A DNA stretch of 64,000 bases from an uncultured Verrucomicrobiae bacterium (GTDB lineage: Bacteria; Verrucomicrobiota; Verrucomicrobiia; Chthoniobacterales; JAFAMB01), in assembly GCA_963762565.1 (NCBI GenBank), contig CAVXLD010000001.1:192001-256000 (forward strand), given 5' to 3'. Of the stretch, positions 21,105-29,820 are shown one piece after another (the first letter of the stretch is position 1; each line of letters opens with the position of its first letter). Both the position numbers and the translations under genes were made by a program. The notes beneath the pieces were generated by a model. The model saw only the letters and a program-made list of their open reading frames with translations. It ran no database searches and was not told the DNA's origin.

Positions 21105-21116
21105 CTCTCCTACTAT
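21088..21116 (+). promoter_or_regulatory. sigma70-type promoter of rpoN
   Basis: TTGCAG-N17-TACTAT ending 16 nt before the ATG at 21133. Confidence 0.65.
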
Positions 21117-21132
21117 TCACTCACGACAACTT

Positions 21133-22539
21133 ATGCCCGGCCCAGGAATGCAACAGATACAAGGGATAGGACTGCAGCAAGTTCTTGCTCCGCAGCTGCA
21201 GCAAAGTTTGCAAATTCTGCAGGCCCCCACCCTGGAGCTCAAGAATATCGTCCAACAGGAGCTTCAAACGAACCCCGTCCTCGAGGAGGACCCAAGCGTT
21301 GAAGAAGCCGAGGACCGATCCTCAGACGAAGCTGATTTTCAGGAAGAATTCGAGAAGCTGGCAAAGCTGGATGAAGAATGGCGAGATTATATGGCGCAGA
21401 ACGTCTCTTACTCTGGGCGAAGCCAGGAAGACGAAGAGCGCCGCCAGTTTTTCCTCGACTCTCTCGCGAATCAGGAAACGCTCCAGCAGCATCTATTGGA
21501 GCAGCTGAACACTGCTGATATCGATGCGAAGAAACGAAAAGCCGCCGAGCTCCTGATCGGTAACATTGATGATGTTGGCTTTCTTTCGGCTCCCCTGGAC
21601 GAGATCGCCAATCTTTCCGGGACCCCGATAGAAGATTTGCTGGAAGCCCTCGAACTGCTGCAAACCTTCCATCCCGTTGGGGTCGGCGCTCGAGACCTTA
21701 GAGATTGCCTCCTCATCCAGTTGCGACGGGTCGGAAAGGCCCAGAGCCTTGAATACCAGATCGTCGACCAATATCTCGATGACCTGGGCCGTAAGCGGTA
21801 TCCGGACATTGCCAGACGTCTTGGGGTGACCGTCGACCAAGTGCAAAAGGGGGCCAATTTCATTGCCACTCTTGACCCAAAACCGGGTCAGATTTTTTCA
21901 CCGGAACCCAACAGCTACGTACTGCCAGATGTGGTGGTCGAAAAAGTCGGTGATGAGTATGTGGTCTCTCTCACCGGCGATCAAATCCCTCATCTGAGGA
22001 TCAATAAAACGTATCGAGATTTGATGACGCAGGGTCGCAACGGAGGCGAAGTCAGAGACTACATCCGAGAGAAAATCAGGAGCGGAAAGTTCCTAATAAA
22101 GAGTATCCACCAGCGGCAACAGACCATCCTGAATATCGCGAACGAGATCGTCAAACGGCAACGCGATTTTCTTGATTATGGAACGGCCTTTCTTAAGCCA
22201 ATGACGATGGTGCAAATCGCGGACACGGTGGGTGTACACGAGACCACGGTCAGCCGGGCAATCTCAGGCAAGTACATCGCGACGCCACAAGGGGTTGTGG
22301 AAATGAAGTTTTTCTTCACCCCGGGCTATCAGACCTACGACGGCGTCGCTCTAAGCAACACCAGCGTAAAGGAAACCATTGGGGATTTGGTTCGCAATGA
22401 GGACACTCGCATGCCGCTGAGTGACAAAGAAATTGTGGAAATCCTCTCAGAACGAGGTATCCCAATAGCGCGTCGGACCGTCGCCAAGTACAGGGCCGAG
22501 CTGAACATTCTTCCCAGCAATCTGCGAAAACAATTTTAG
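21133..22539 (+). CDS. rpoN: RNA polymerase sigma-54 factor
   Basis: Gln-rich region I (PQLQQSLQILQ), VHETTVSR, RpoN box ARRTVAKYR. Confidence 0.98.
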   Translation: MPGPGMQQIQGIGLQQVLAPQLQQSLQILQAPTLELKNIVQQELQTNPVLEEDPSVEEAEDRSSDEADFQEEFEKLAKLDEEWRDYMAQNVSYSGRSQEDEERRQFFLDSLANQETLQQHLLEQLNTADIDAKKRKAAELLIGNIDDVGFLSAPLDEIANLSGTPIEDLLEALELLQTFHPVGVGARDLRDCLLIQLRRVGKAQSLEYQIVDQYLDDLGRKRYPDIARRLGVTVDQVQKGANFIATLDPKPGQIFSPEPNSYVLPDVVVEKVGDEYVVSLTGDQIPHLRINKTYRDLMTQGRNGGEVRDYIREKIRSGKFLIKSIHQRQQTILNIANEIVKRQRDFLDYGTAFLKPMTMVQIADTVGVHETTVSRAISGKYIATPQGVVEMKFFFTPGYQTYDGVALSNTSVKETIGDLVRNEDTRMPLSDKEIVEILSERGIPIARRTVAKYRAELNILPSNLRKQF

Positions 22540-23304
22540 GTGCGAATTCTAATCGTTCTTCTATGGATAGGGGTATTCACGTCGTCATTAGCCAAGGAAG
22601 CCCAATTTCGTTTTCCTCAAGACACGTTCTCTTTCTCGAATAACCTCTACTTCGATTATCATCCGGATCAGTCAGGGCACATCATCATCAGCCGCCGGGC
22701 CCCGGGGAAGATCCCGGATTACTCACGTCATTGCTTCGCCCTAGTACGGTCGGTCCTGCAGTTTAGCCGGTTCGCCGAGTTCGATCCTAAACTCCCGAAG
22801 GTTAGCGAAGAGGAATATCGGCAAAGGGTCCTCCGATTAGACCGATACGCTCCATACGGGCCTGGTCCGGCCAAGAAAATTGTGTTTCCCGGATATCCGA
22901 ATCTTTACCAGTTCTCGGCCCATCACACCCTGATGCTACAAAAGAACCTCGGCCTATGGTGGCCGGGATATTGGCGGGTGGGCAACTGGCGAATCGTGTT
23001 TCCGGCTCCTCGTTCCGGTCAAGAACAGTTTGCGCAATGGTTACGCCAACATCTTGACACAGGCCAGATCGAAGCCGTGTACATCACACGATTTCGGCCG
23101 ATCAACCATTGTTTAGTAGCCTACCGTTATACCACCGAACGAAATAGCGACCTGTTATTCTTTGTCTACGACGTCAACCAACCGGGAAAGATAGTTCATC
23201 TGCGGTATCACGTGGCCAATCGAAGCTTCTATTTTGACCCGAGCTGGTATTACGCCGGAGGGTTAGTTTCCGCCATGAAGTTGTACGTCTCGCCGCTGAT
23301 GTAA
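22540..23304 (+). CDS. secreted hypothetical protein, possible papain-like Cys-His-Asp hydrolase
   Basis: signal peptide; RHCFAL, NHCLVAY, VYDVNQP; starts immediately after the rpoN stop. Confidence 0.55.
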   Translation: MRILIVLLWIGVFTSSLAKEAQFRFPQDTFSFSNNLYFDYHPDQSGHIIISRRAPGKIPDYSRHCFALVRSVLQFSRFAEFDPKLPKVSEEEYRQRVLRLDRYAPYGPGPAKKIVFPGYPNLYQFSAHHTLMLQKNLGLWWPGYWRVGNWRIVFPAPRSGQEQFAQWLRQHLDTGQIEAVYITRFRPINHCLVAYRYTTERNSDLLFFVYDVNQPGKIVHLRYHVANRSFYFDPSWYYAGGLVSAMKLYVSPLM

Positions 23305-23317
23305 GGGGCCAGAAAAG

Positions 23318-23558
23318 TTGGTGGGGCGAGGCTCCGGAACTACGATTTTGTGTTCACAGGGGAGTTGATGCACTTAACCCAGCGCTCACAATTTCGATAC
23401 GCTGCCGAGCCGCTGTTCTGTCGTGTGGCCGGCACCTTATTCCATGGGAGATCAGGGGAATCGGCTCGGCGGTCCTTCCGGCCTAACGTTGCGTCCGGCG
23501 TCAAATCATCGAGGTCTCCGATATAGCGTCCGGTCTTTCGGGAGCCTCGCCCCACTAA
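23318..23558. repeat. family A split-REP element
   Basis: TTGGTGGGGCGAGGCTCC ... GGAGCCTCGCCCCACTAA; inner motifs at 23404 and 23462. Confidence 0.9.
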
Positions 23559-23697
23559 TGCCCGCCGTTTCGCCCATTCGTTGCGTTTTGGTGGTTACAG
23601 TAATTGTTGCGTTCTTTCCGGTAGAAAAATCGGGAAAAGCAAGATAAAAATATAACGCCATCTCCCGCAGGCGTGTTATCATAAAGGCGATTGTATC

Positions 23698-25329
23698 ATG
23701 TCTTTCTTCTCCTGGTTCAGGTCGAAATCGGATAAATCAGAGCAAGATGAGTTGGAGTTGAAGGGTTCGAACGAGTCTCCAGAAAGGCAGGCTGATCCCG
23801 AACACCCTCCATTTCAATCGTCGCGCGTACCCCCGCCGCGTCTCCGGGAAACAGTCCCCGGAAGTAGGTCAAAAACGGCATCACCGGTTGAGCCAAGTAC
23901 CGAGACCAAAGAAGGCTTCCGTCGCCCGGTACGAGCGACCGTGGACGTACCGTTGCAAGCGTTGCTCTTACAACTGCCACCGGAAGTAACTAAATCTAAC
24001 ATTGATATCGACCCAAAACGTCGGGTGCAAATTCCCCGTAAATCGGTGCAAATTGATGAAGCGCACCAGACAGCAAAGGTTACTTTCGCTACCCTTTTTG
24101 CATCCTGCCCAGAAATTTTCTCGGCGCCAATTGCTCCTCTCGATCAGCGAACCCTCGATTTTAATCTCCCTGCTTGGGAAAGATCAAGATCAGCGGACTC
24201 AGGCGAACGAACGACCAGCCCAACCGCGAAGACGAAGAGCGAATCGCCAGCTCCACCCGATCGGTTGACTCCTGTCGCTGGCGAAAGGTTGCGTGGGGAA
24301 AAACCACCGATTCCCAGCCCTGAGAAGCCCGACGAAGCGCACCTGGGAGGTGCTGCCCGAAACGGTTCTGAGGTCCCGAAAACCGTGCGCGTGGCACTCG
24401 GCCCAATCATCAAGAATCTGCCGCCAGAGCTGCAGCCTTCGGAACCAAACGCGCTCGCTAACAAACCGGGGGCCACAATCGAACTCCCGTTGGCATTGAT
24501 TAACTCTCAACTCGCAAATGGCCGGGTAACAATCCCCTTTTCAGCGTTGTTGCAATCGTTGCCGGAAGACGTGAAGAGCCATTTTCCACAGGCCGATACG
24601 ACTGCGGAAGTTACCATCCCGATTAAAGAAATTCTGCAAGACTATCCGCAGGATCTATTGCGTCCACGAGCGGATCAAGAACCAGAAGAGGTTCTACCAG
24701 CAATATCGACCCCTTTCACCGGTCCAGCGAAAGAGGATACCGAACGTTTTGCCCACGCTCCAGAACAGCCAGAAACCGAGAAGCTGGCTACCGACAGTCA
24801 TCAACTCGAGCTTATCGAACACCCGGTAACACCAAGCGATTCACCACAGCCTGTATCTAAGGAATCATCGGTTGCCGAGGCGCCTTCGGTTGTCGAGGAA
24901 AAACCGGCCACAGAGGCAGCACCAACCGTTCAAGCCAAGCCGGCACCTAACTTCTCAGCACTGCAGTCTGTATTTTTAACGGATGAAGCATTGGACTTGA
25001 ACAAGGTTGTTCAAAAAGTGGGCCAGCTTCCGGGGATAAATTCTGCCCTGTTTTTTGCAGCAGACGGCAGTCTCGAAGGTGAACCAGAAAAACTGGGCCT
25101 TACTCAATCATCGGTGCAATTGCTTTCCAGCCTTACCCACGAGATTGGACAACGCGTCGAGAATTTGGGGTTCGGTCAAATCGAAACCGTCACGCTCGGT
25201 TGGAAGCGGGAACTGGTCAGCGTTTTCACCAGGGGCGAGTCCGGCTTTGTCGTCCGTCATGAAAAGAGGCCTTTCAGGCCGGGGGTGCGTGAGAAGATCT
25301 GTCTGGTTCTCAGCCACATCTGCAGCTGA
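23698..25329 (+). CDS. large protein with internally repeated domain and C-terminal Roadblock/LC7 (MglB-like) domain
   Basis: C-terminal LPGINSALFFAADG...LGFGQIETVTL...VSVF pattern; directly upstream of mglA. Confidence 0.65.
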   Translation: MSFFSWFRSKSDKSEQDELELKGSNESPERQADPEHPPFQSSRVPPPRLRETVPGSRSKTASPVEPSTETKEGFRRPVRATVDVPLQALLLQLPPEVTKSNIDIDPKRRVQIPRKSVQIDEAHQTAKVTFATLFASCPEIFSAPIAPLDQRTLDFNLPAWERSRSADSGERTTSPTAKTKSESPAPPDRLTPVAGERLRGEKPPIPSPEKPDEAHLGGAARNGSEVPKTVRVALGPIIKNLPPELQPSEPNALANKPGATIELPLALINSQLANGRVTIPFSALLQSLPEDVKSHFPQADTTAEVTIPIKEILQDYPQDLLRPRADQEPEEVLPAISTPFTGPAKEDTERFAHAPEQPETEKLATDSHQLELIEHPVTPSDSPQPVSKESSVAEAPSVVEEKPATEAAPTVQAKPAPNFSALQSVFLTDEALDLNKVVQKVGQLPGINSALFFAADGSLEGEPEKLGLTQSSVQLLSSLTHEIGQRVENLGFGQIETVTLGWKRELVSVFTRGESGFVVRHEKRPFRPGVREKICLVLSHICS

Positions 25330-25362
25330 CTGCGGTTTGCAAGAACCTAGGAAGTTTGGCGA

Positions 25363-26007
25363 ATGCCGATCATAAATTACGCGAGCAAAGAAATTCAGTT
25401 CAAGATCGTCTATTACGGGCCGGCCCTGAGCGGCAAAACGACTACCATTGCCTATATCCATTCGAGGTTGCCGGCTGCGTTTCGAGGAGATTTGGTGTCG
25501 TTGGCCACCGCGGCAGACCGCACCCTCTTTTTCGATTTCTTGCCGGTTGAGGCAGTGATCTTGCAAGGCTTCAAAACCAAATTCCAGCTCTACACCGTTC
25601 CGGGGCAGGTGGTGTACAATACAACCCGGCAGTTAGTCTTACGCAGCGTTGACGGCATCGTATTTGTGGCCGATTCGCACTGGGACAAGATCCACGAAGA
25701 TGTGGAGAGTTTCCGAAATCTCGAGGAAAACCTTCGCAAACAGCATCTCTCATTGGACGAGATCCCGTATGTTCTGCAGTACAACAAACGTGACTTGCCC
25801 GATGCGGCTCCGGTGTCGTACTTAGAATTTTTGCTGAATAACCGGCGCCGACGCGCCCGAAGTTACGAAGCGATCGCAACGAAAGGACGGAGCGTCTTCG
25901 CTGCATTAGATGCCGTGACCCAAAGCGTTCTTAACCGGTTCATTCAAGAGAATCACCTTCTCAGGCCGATGCCGGCCAGAGAGAGCGCTGGGGCGGGGAG
26001 AGTGTGA
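25363..26007 (+). CDS. mglA: MglA-family small GTPase
   Basis: KIVYYGPALSGKTT, RTLFFDFLP, YTVPGQV, QYNKRDL. Confidence 0.92.
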   Translation: MPIINYASKEIQFKIVYYGPALSGKTTTIAYIHSRLPAAFRGDLVSLATAADRTLFFDFLPVEAVILQGFKTKFQLYTVPGQVVYNTTRQLVLRSVDGIVFVADSHWDKIHEDVESFRNLEENLRKQHLSLDEIPYVLQYNKRDLPDAAPVSYLEFLLNNRRRRARSYEAIATKGRSVFAALDAVTQSVLNRFIQENHLLRPMPARESAGAGRV

Positions 26008-26020
26008 ATGGTGATTGGTG

Positions 26021-26235
26021 ATTGGTGGGGCGAGGCTCCCGAAAGGCCTTTTAGTCTTATCAAGCGGGTCAGTTCTCACCCGGAGATTATGTCCGCTACG
26101 CCGATAAACCCGCCGAGCCGTTGGTCCACGCGAACCATGGCTCGGCAGCGTTTCGGCATAGGTCGTATCGTGGTGAGGATCTTCCCCCTGCCTTGCGATC
26201 GTCATCAGGCCTTTCCGGAGCCTCGCCCTACCAAT
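26021..26235. repeat. family A split-REP element
   Basis: ATTGGTGGGGCGAGGCTCCCGAAAGGCCT ... AGGCCTTTCCGGAGCCTCGCCCTACCAAT; preceded by GTGATTG units. Confidence 0.9.
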
Positions 26236-26279
26236 TACCCGCAGTTGCGCTTCTTGCCACCCTCATATATGTGTCCGAA

Positions 26280-26945
26280 ATGATCGACTACATGCAAAAG
26301 GGTGGGCCGCTGATGTGGCTTATCCTCCTGTGTAGCGCTGTCACGGTGGCGGTCTTCGTCGAGCGGTTGCTTTATTTCCATCGTGCCAACATCAATCTTG
26401 GCGAATTTCTCCAGGGATTGGCAAATCTGGTTCGAAACCGTAATCTGACCGAGGCTCGAATCGAGTGTCAGACCACCTCCGTCCCAGTAACACGAGTGCT
26501 GCATGCTGCATTGTCTCGCCCTCATCTTTCGCGCTCAGAACTCCGCGAGATTGTCGAAGAAGCCGCTCAGATCGAAATGCCTCGTCTCGAACGCAATCTC
26601 GACCTTCTGGTTGGGATTGCTTACGTCTCCCCTTTAATCGGGCTTCTAGGTACGGTGACCGGCTTAATCCAAGCCTTCGTCCAGCTCTCTGCCAGCAACG
26701 GATATGCAACCCTGGCCGATGTCTCGAGCGGGGTTTACCAAAGCCTGCTCACAACGGCCGCCAGCTTGGCCGTCGCGATTCCGACCATCTTGGCCTACTG
26801 CTTTCTTTCCTCCAGGCTGAACGCGTTGATGCACGAAATGGAAAGGGCCGGGATTGAAATCGTGAATATCCTGACCGACACGGAGACGCCTGCATCCATC
26901 ATCGAGTTCGACCCATCGTCCCAAGCAGCCAGTGAAAAGAGATGA
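26280..26945 (+). CDS. MotA/TolQ/ExbB proton channel protein
   Basis: KGGPLMW...ER, SPLIGLLGTVTG, SLLTTAASLAVAIP. Confidence 0.92.
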   Translation: MIDYMQKGGPLMWLILLCSAVTVAVFVERLLYFHRANINLGEFLQGLANLVRNRNLTEARIECQTTSVPVTRVLHAALSRPHLSRSELREIVEEAAQIEMPRLERNLDLLVGIAYVSPLIGLLGTVTGLIQAFVQLSASNGYATLADVSSGVYQSLLTTAASLAVAIPTILAYCFLSSRLNALMHEMERAGIEIVNILTDTETPASIIEFDPSSQAASEKR

Positions 26946-27346
26946 AGCTCGAAAGAGCAGTCCGGCTCAATCCCTACCTTCTGTTTATCGTTCCTCTGGT
27001 AGAAGTCGTTTGTCTGCTGCTGCTATTGTTTGTGGTTAGCTCCACATTCTTAGTACACCCTGGCATCAGCGTAAACCTGCCATTCTCAAAATTCACCTTA
27101 GGTACCGTCGGAAACTCGGTGATCGTCACGGTAACCGCGGGCCCCTTCCCCCGGATCTATTATCGAGATCAAGCCGTAACCTTAGACGAGTTACGGACAG
27201 CATTCGAAAAAGACCCGGTAACTGATAAGTCAGTCATAATAAGGGCGGATCGGGAGGCGCCTCAAGGCTCTGTGGTTCAAGTTATGAATCTCTGTCTGGA
27301 TCGGGGATACTCGGTGATTCTGGCAACGTCACCCAAATCGCCGTGA
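26942..27346 (+). CDS. ExbD/TolR family protein
   Basis: single TM, GISVNLP, VIIRADREAPQG; ATGA overlap; TM Asp position is Glu. Confidence 0.9.
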   Translation: MKLERAVRLNPYLLFIVPLVEVVCLLLLLFVVSSTFLVHPGISVNLPFSKFTLGTVGNSVIVTVTAGPFPRIYYRDQAVTLDELRTAFEKDPVTDKSVIIRADREAPQGSVVQVMNLCLDRGYSVILATSPKSP

Positions 27347-28068
27347 AGCCAGCGGCGCGCTCCCTGCAAAATTCCATTTTCGATTGGGATCGCCCGAGAT
27401 GGAACGGACGGTTGCTGTGGCTAATTGTGTTTTCTTTAGGCCTACACTTCGCGGGACTTTACGTTTTCCATGTTGTTTACCCGTCAACCACTTCTCTGCC
27501 TCCCCCAGCGGCTCAAGTCTCGGTACTGAATCCACAAAACCCACAGGACCGCCGGCTCCTTGATTGGGTGGACCTAAACGATCCGTCTGCGATTAGCGCC
27601 CCCAAAGTAGACGACAGCCTGGTCGCAAAATTAGTCCCGGGTTATCGTCCGACGTTTAGCGACGAGACCCCTGAAATCCGGAAAAGCCAGGCCGGCGCCC
27701 CAGCCCAGGAGGCGGCTACTCCTTCGCTTTTTACTCCCGACAATCTTTTCCCTAGGCAAGTCAGGCCTGCTTCTGTTCAACGGAAGACCAGTTTCGCAAG
27801 CCACCTTGAGTTCGGGCCCGCCTTGGAAAATAGAAAACCGGCCACACCGGAGAGACTCCCGACCAGCCAGCGGCTCTCAGAACCCACGACTTTCTTTGTG
27901 GGAATCAATAAGAAAGGCGAAGTAAAATACCTTTTTCTATTGCGAACTTCGGGAAATGATCAGCTGGATCATCTTGCCGAAGAGGCTGTTAAGCAGCTGA
28001 GATTTCAGCCCGATAACACCGAGAGCTGGGACACGGTTTCGCTGCAGTGGGGCAGCGGCGGGAAGTGA
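27343..28068 (+). CDS. TonB/TolA-like energy transducer
   Basis: TM with SLGLH (SxxxH), Pro-rich linker, C-terminal GINKKGEV...TSGNDQLD...AVKQLRF; GTGA overlap. Confidence 0.75.
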   Translation: MKPAARSLQNSIFDWDRPRWNGRLLWLIVFSLGLHFAGLYVFHVVYPSTTSLPPPAAQVSVLNPQNPQDRRLLDWVDLNDPSAISAPKVDDSLVAKLVPGYRPTFSDETPEIRKSQAGAPAQEAATPSLFTPDNLFPRQVRPASVQRKTSFASHLEFGPALENRKPATPERLPTSQRLSEPTTFFVGINKKGEVKYLFLLRTSGNDQLDHLAEEAVKQLRFQPDNTESWDTVSLQWGSGGK

Positions 28069-28280
28069 TTAGTGATTAGTGATTAGTGATTGGTGATTGG
28101 TGGGGCGCTGGGGCGATGAAAAAACGTGTAACATGGACGCGGACTGGCACTAATACACTTATAAGTCCCGTCTTGTCATAAGCCCCATCGATATCAGCCG
28201 CGCACATCCTTGCTCTAAACGCTTTTCCATCAGCCCAGGCACCCACTAATCACCAATCACTAATCACCAATCACCTTCCC
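28060..28280. repeat. inverted arms of GTGATTR heptamers around an imperfect hairpin
   Basis: five GTGATT(A/G) units 28065-28099 face four (T/C)AATCAC units 28247-28274; first unit contains the TonB-like stop. Confidence 0.9.
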
Positions 28281-28287
28281 TGCCCTA

Positions 28288-28316
28288 TTGACGCACCCGC
28301 CCCTCCGCGGGACGAT
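28288..28316 (+). promoter_or_regulatory. candidate sigma70 promoter
   Basis: TTGACG-N17-GACGAT upstream of 28341. Confidence 0.4.
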
Positions 28317-28340
28317 GTTGGTAGCGGCCACAAACTGTCC

Positions 28341-28580
28341 ATGATTCGTATCGAACTCCCAACCCTGATCTTCATCTATCTTTTTCTTTCTGTGATTGTG
28401 ATCGGCGGCCTCTGGTTGTTCGATGGTTGGCGGGTCCAAAAACGTAAAAAACAAGCCTTGCGTTACGCGGTCCGGTGCACGATTTGTGCCTCTATTTTCG
28501 AAGATAAGACCAATGAGCTGCTACCTCGTTGCCCACGATGCGGCAGCTTAAATGAGAGAAGAAACTTTGGAGGACTTTGA
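28341..28580 (+). CDS. small membrane-anchored zinc-ribbon protein
   Basis: N-terminal TM followed by CTIC-x14-CPRC. Confidence 0.75.
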   Translation: MIRIELPTLIFIYLFLSVIVIGGLWLFDGWRVQKRKKQALRYAVRCTICASIFEDKTNELLPRCPRCGSLNERRNFGGL

Positions 28581-28584
28581 TCAA

Positions 28585-29769
28585 ATGTCGATGTTCATCG
28601 GCCGAAATCGAAAGGCCCGCGTGACCTACGGTTTCGATGAAATTGCGCTGGTGCCGGGACAAGTCACTATCAACCCTAATGAGGTGGATATCAGTTTCGA
28701 GATCTCTACTCGAACTGGCAACGCCTTGAAGCTGGGCATTCCTATTCTGGCTAGCGCCATGGACGGAGTGGTTGACGTCCGTTTCGCGGTCGAGATGGGT
28801 AAATTAGGAGGCTTAGCGGTTCTCAACCTTGAAGGCGTACAAACCCGTTACAAGAATCCCGAAGAAGTACTCCTTAAAGTATTAGAGGCGGAAAAAGATC
28901 AAGTTACCGCTTTGCTGCAGAAGATTTACCAGGAACCGGTCCAAGAGGACTTGATCGCGGCCCGGATTAAGCAAATGAAGGATGGTGGAGTCCTGACCGC
29001 CGTCAGCTCCATCCCTCAAAAAGCCGAGCGTTACGGGCAAATCGCCCAAGAAGCTGGCGCCGATGTTTTTGTTGTCCAAAGCACAGTCTCGACAGTTCGA
29101 CACATCTCTACCGAGTATCGCTCCTTAGATCTGGCTAGATTGTGCAAAGATCTGCGTTGTCCGGTGATCGTCGGCAACACCGTTGGCTTCGAAGTCACCC
29201 TTGAAATTCTGGAGTGCGGCGTGGCAGGAGTCCTGGTTGGCGTGGGACCAGGCGCAGCCTGCACGTCAAGGGGCGTCCTAGGTCTGGGCGTTCCGCAAGT
29301 GACCGCGACCGTGGATTGCGCAGCGGCGCGGGATTACTACCTCAAGAGAAGCGGTCGGTACGTGCCCATTATAACCGATGGCGGGATGAGTAAGGGAGGC
29401 GATGTCTGCAAGGCTCTGGCTTGTGGCGCCGATGCCGTGATGATCGGAAGCGCATTCGCGAAGGCAGTCGAAGCACCCGGTAAAGGCTACCATTGGGGCA
29501 TGGCGACGCCTCACGCCAACCTGCCCCGAGGCACCCGCATCCGGGTGGGAACAACCGGTCCTCTACGGCAAATCCTTTTCGGGCCGGCCGAGGTTGACGA
29601 TGGCAGCCAAAACCTAGTGGGCGCTATTACGACTTGCATGGGCAACGTCGGCGCAGCCAGCCTCAGGGAGTTTCAAGAGACCGAGGTTATTATCGCGCCT
29701 TCCATCCGGACAGAGGGAAAATTGTTTCAGCAGGCGCAAATGGTCGGAATGGGATCTCGAAATTCCTAA
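28585..29769 (+). CDS. GuaB3-type IMP dehydrogenase
   Basis: IGRNRKARVTYGFDEIALVP, ASAMD, catalytic GPGAACTSR, ITDGG; no CBS domains. Confidence 0.9.
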   Translation: MSMFIGRNRKARVTYGFDEIALVPGQVTINPNEVDISFEISTRTGNALKLGIPILASAMDGVVDVRFAVEMGKLGGLAVLNLEGVQTRYKNPEEVLLKVLEAEKDQVTALLQKIYQEPVQEDLIAARIKQMKDGGVLTAVSSIPQKAERYGQIAQEAGADVFVVQSTVSTVRHISTEYRSLDLARLCKDLRCPVIVGNTVGFEVTLEILECGVAGVLVGVGPGAACTSRGVLGLGVPQVTATVDCAAARDYYLKRSGRYVPIITDGGMSKGGDVCKALACGADAVMIGSAFAKAVEAPGKGYHWGMATPHANLPRGTRIRVGTTGPLRQILFGPAEVDDGSQNLVGAITTCMGNVGAASLREFQETEVIIAPSIRTEGKLFQQAQMVGMGSRNS

Positions 29770-29820
29770 GAATTCAGTTGCCTAATTCCTTAGAGCAAAA
29801 TACCCCGTTAGCAGTAAGTG

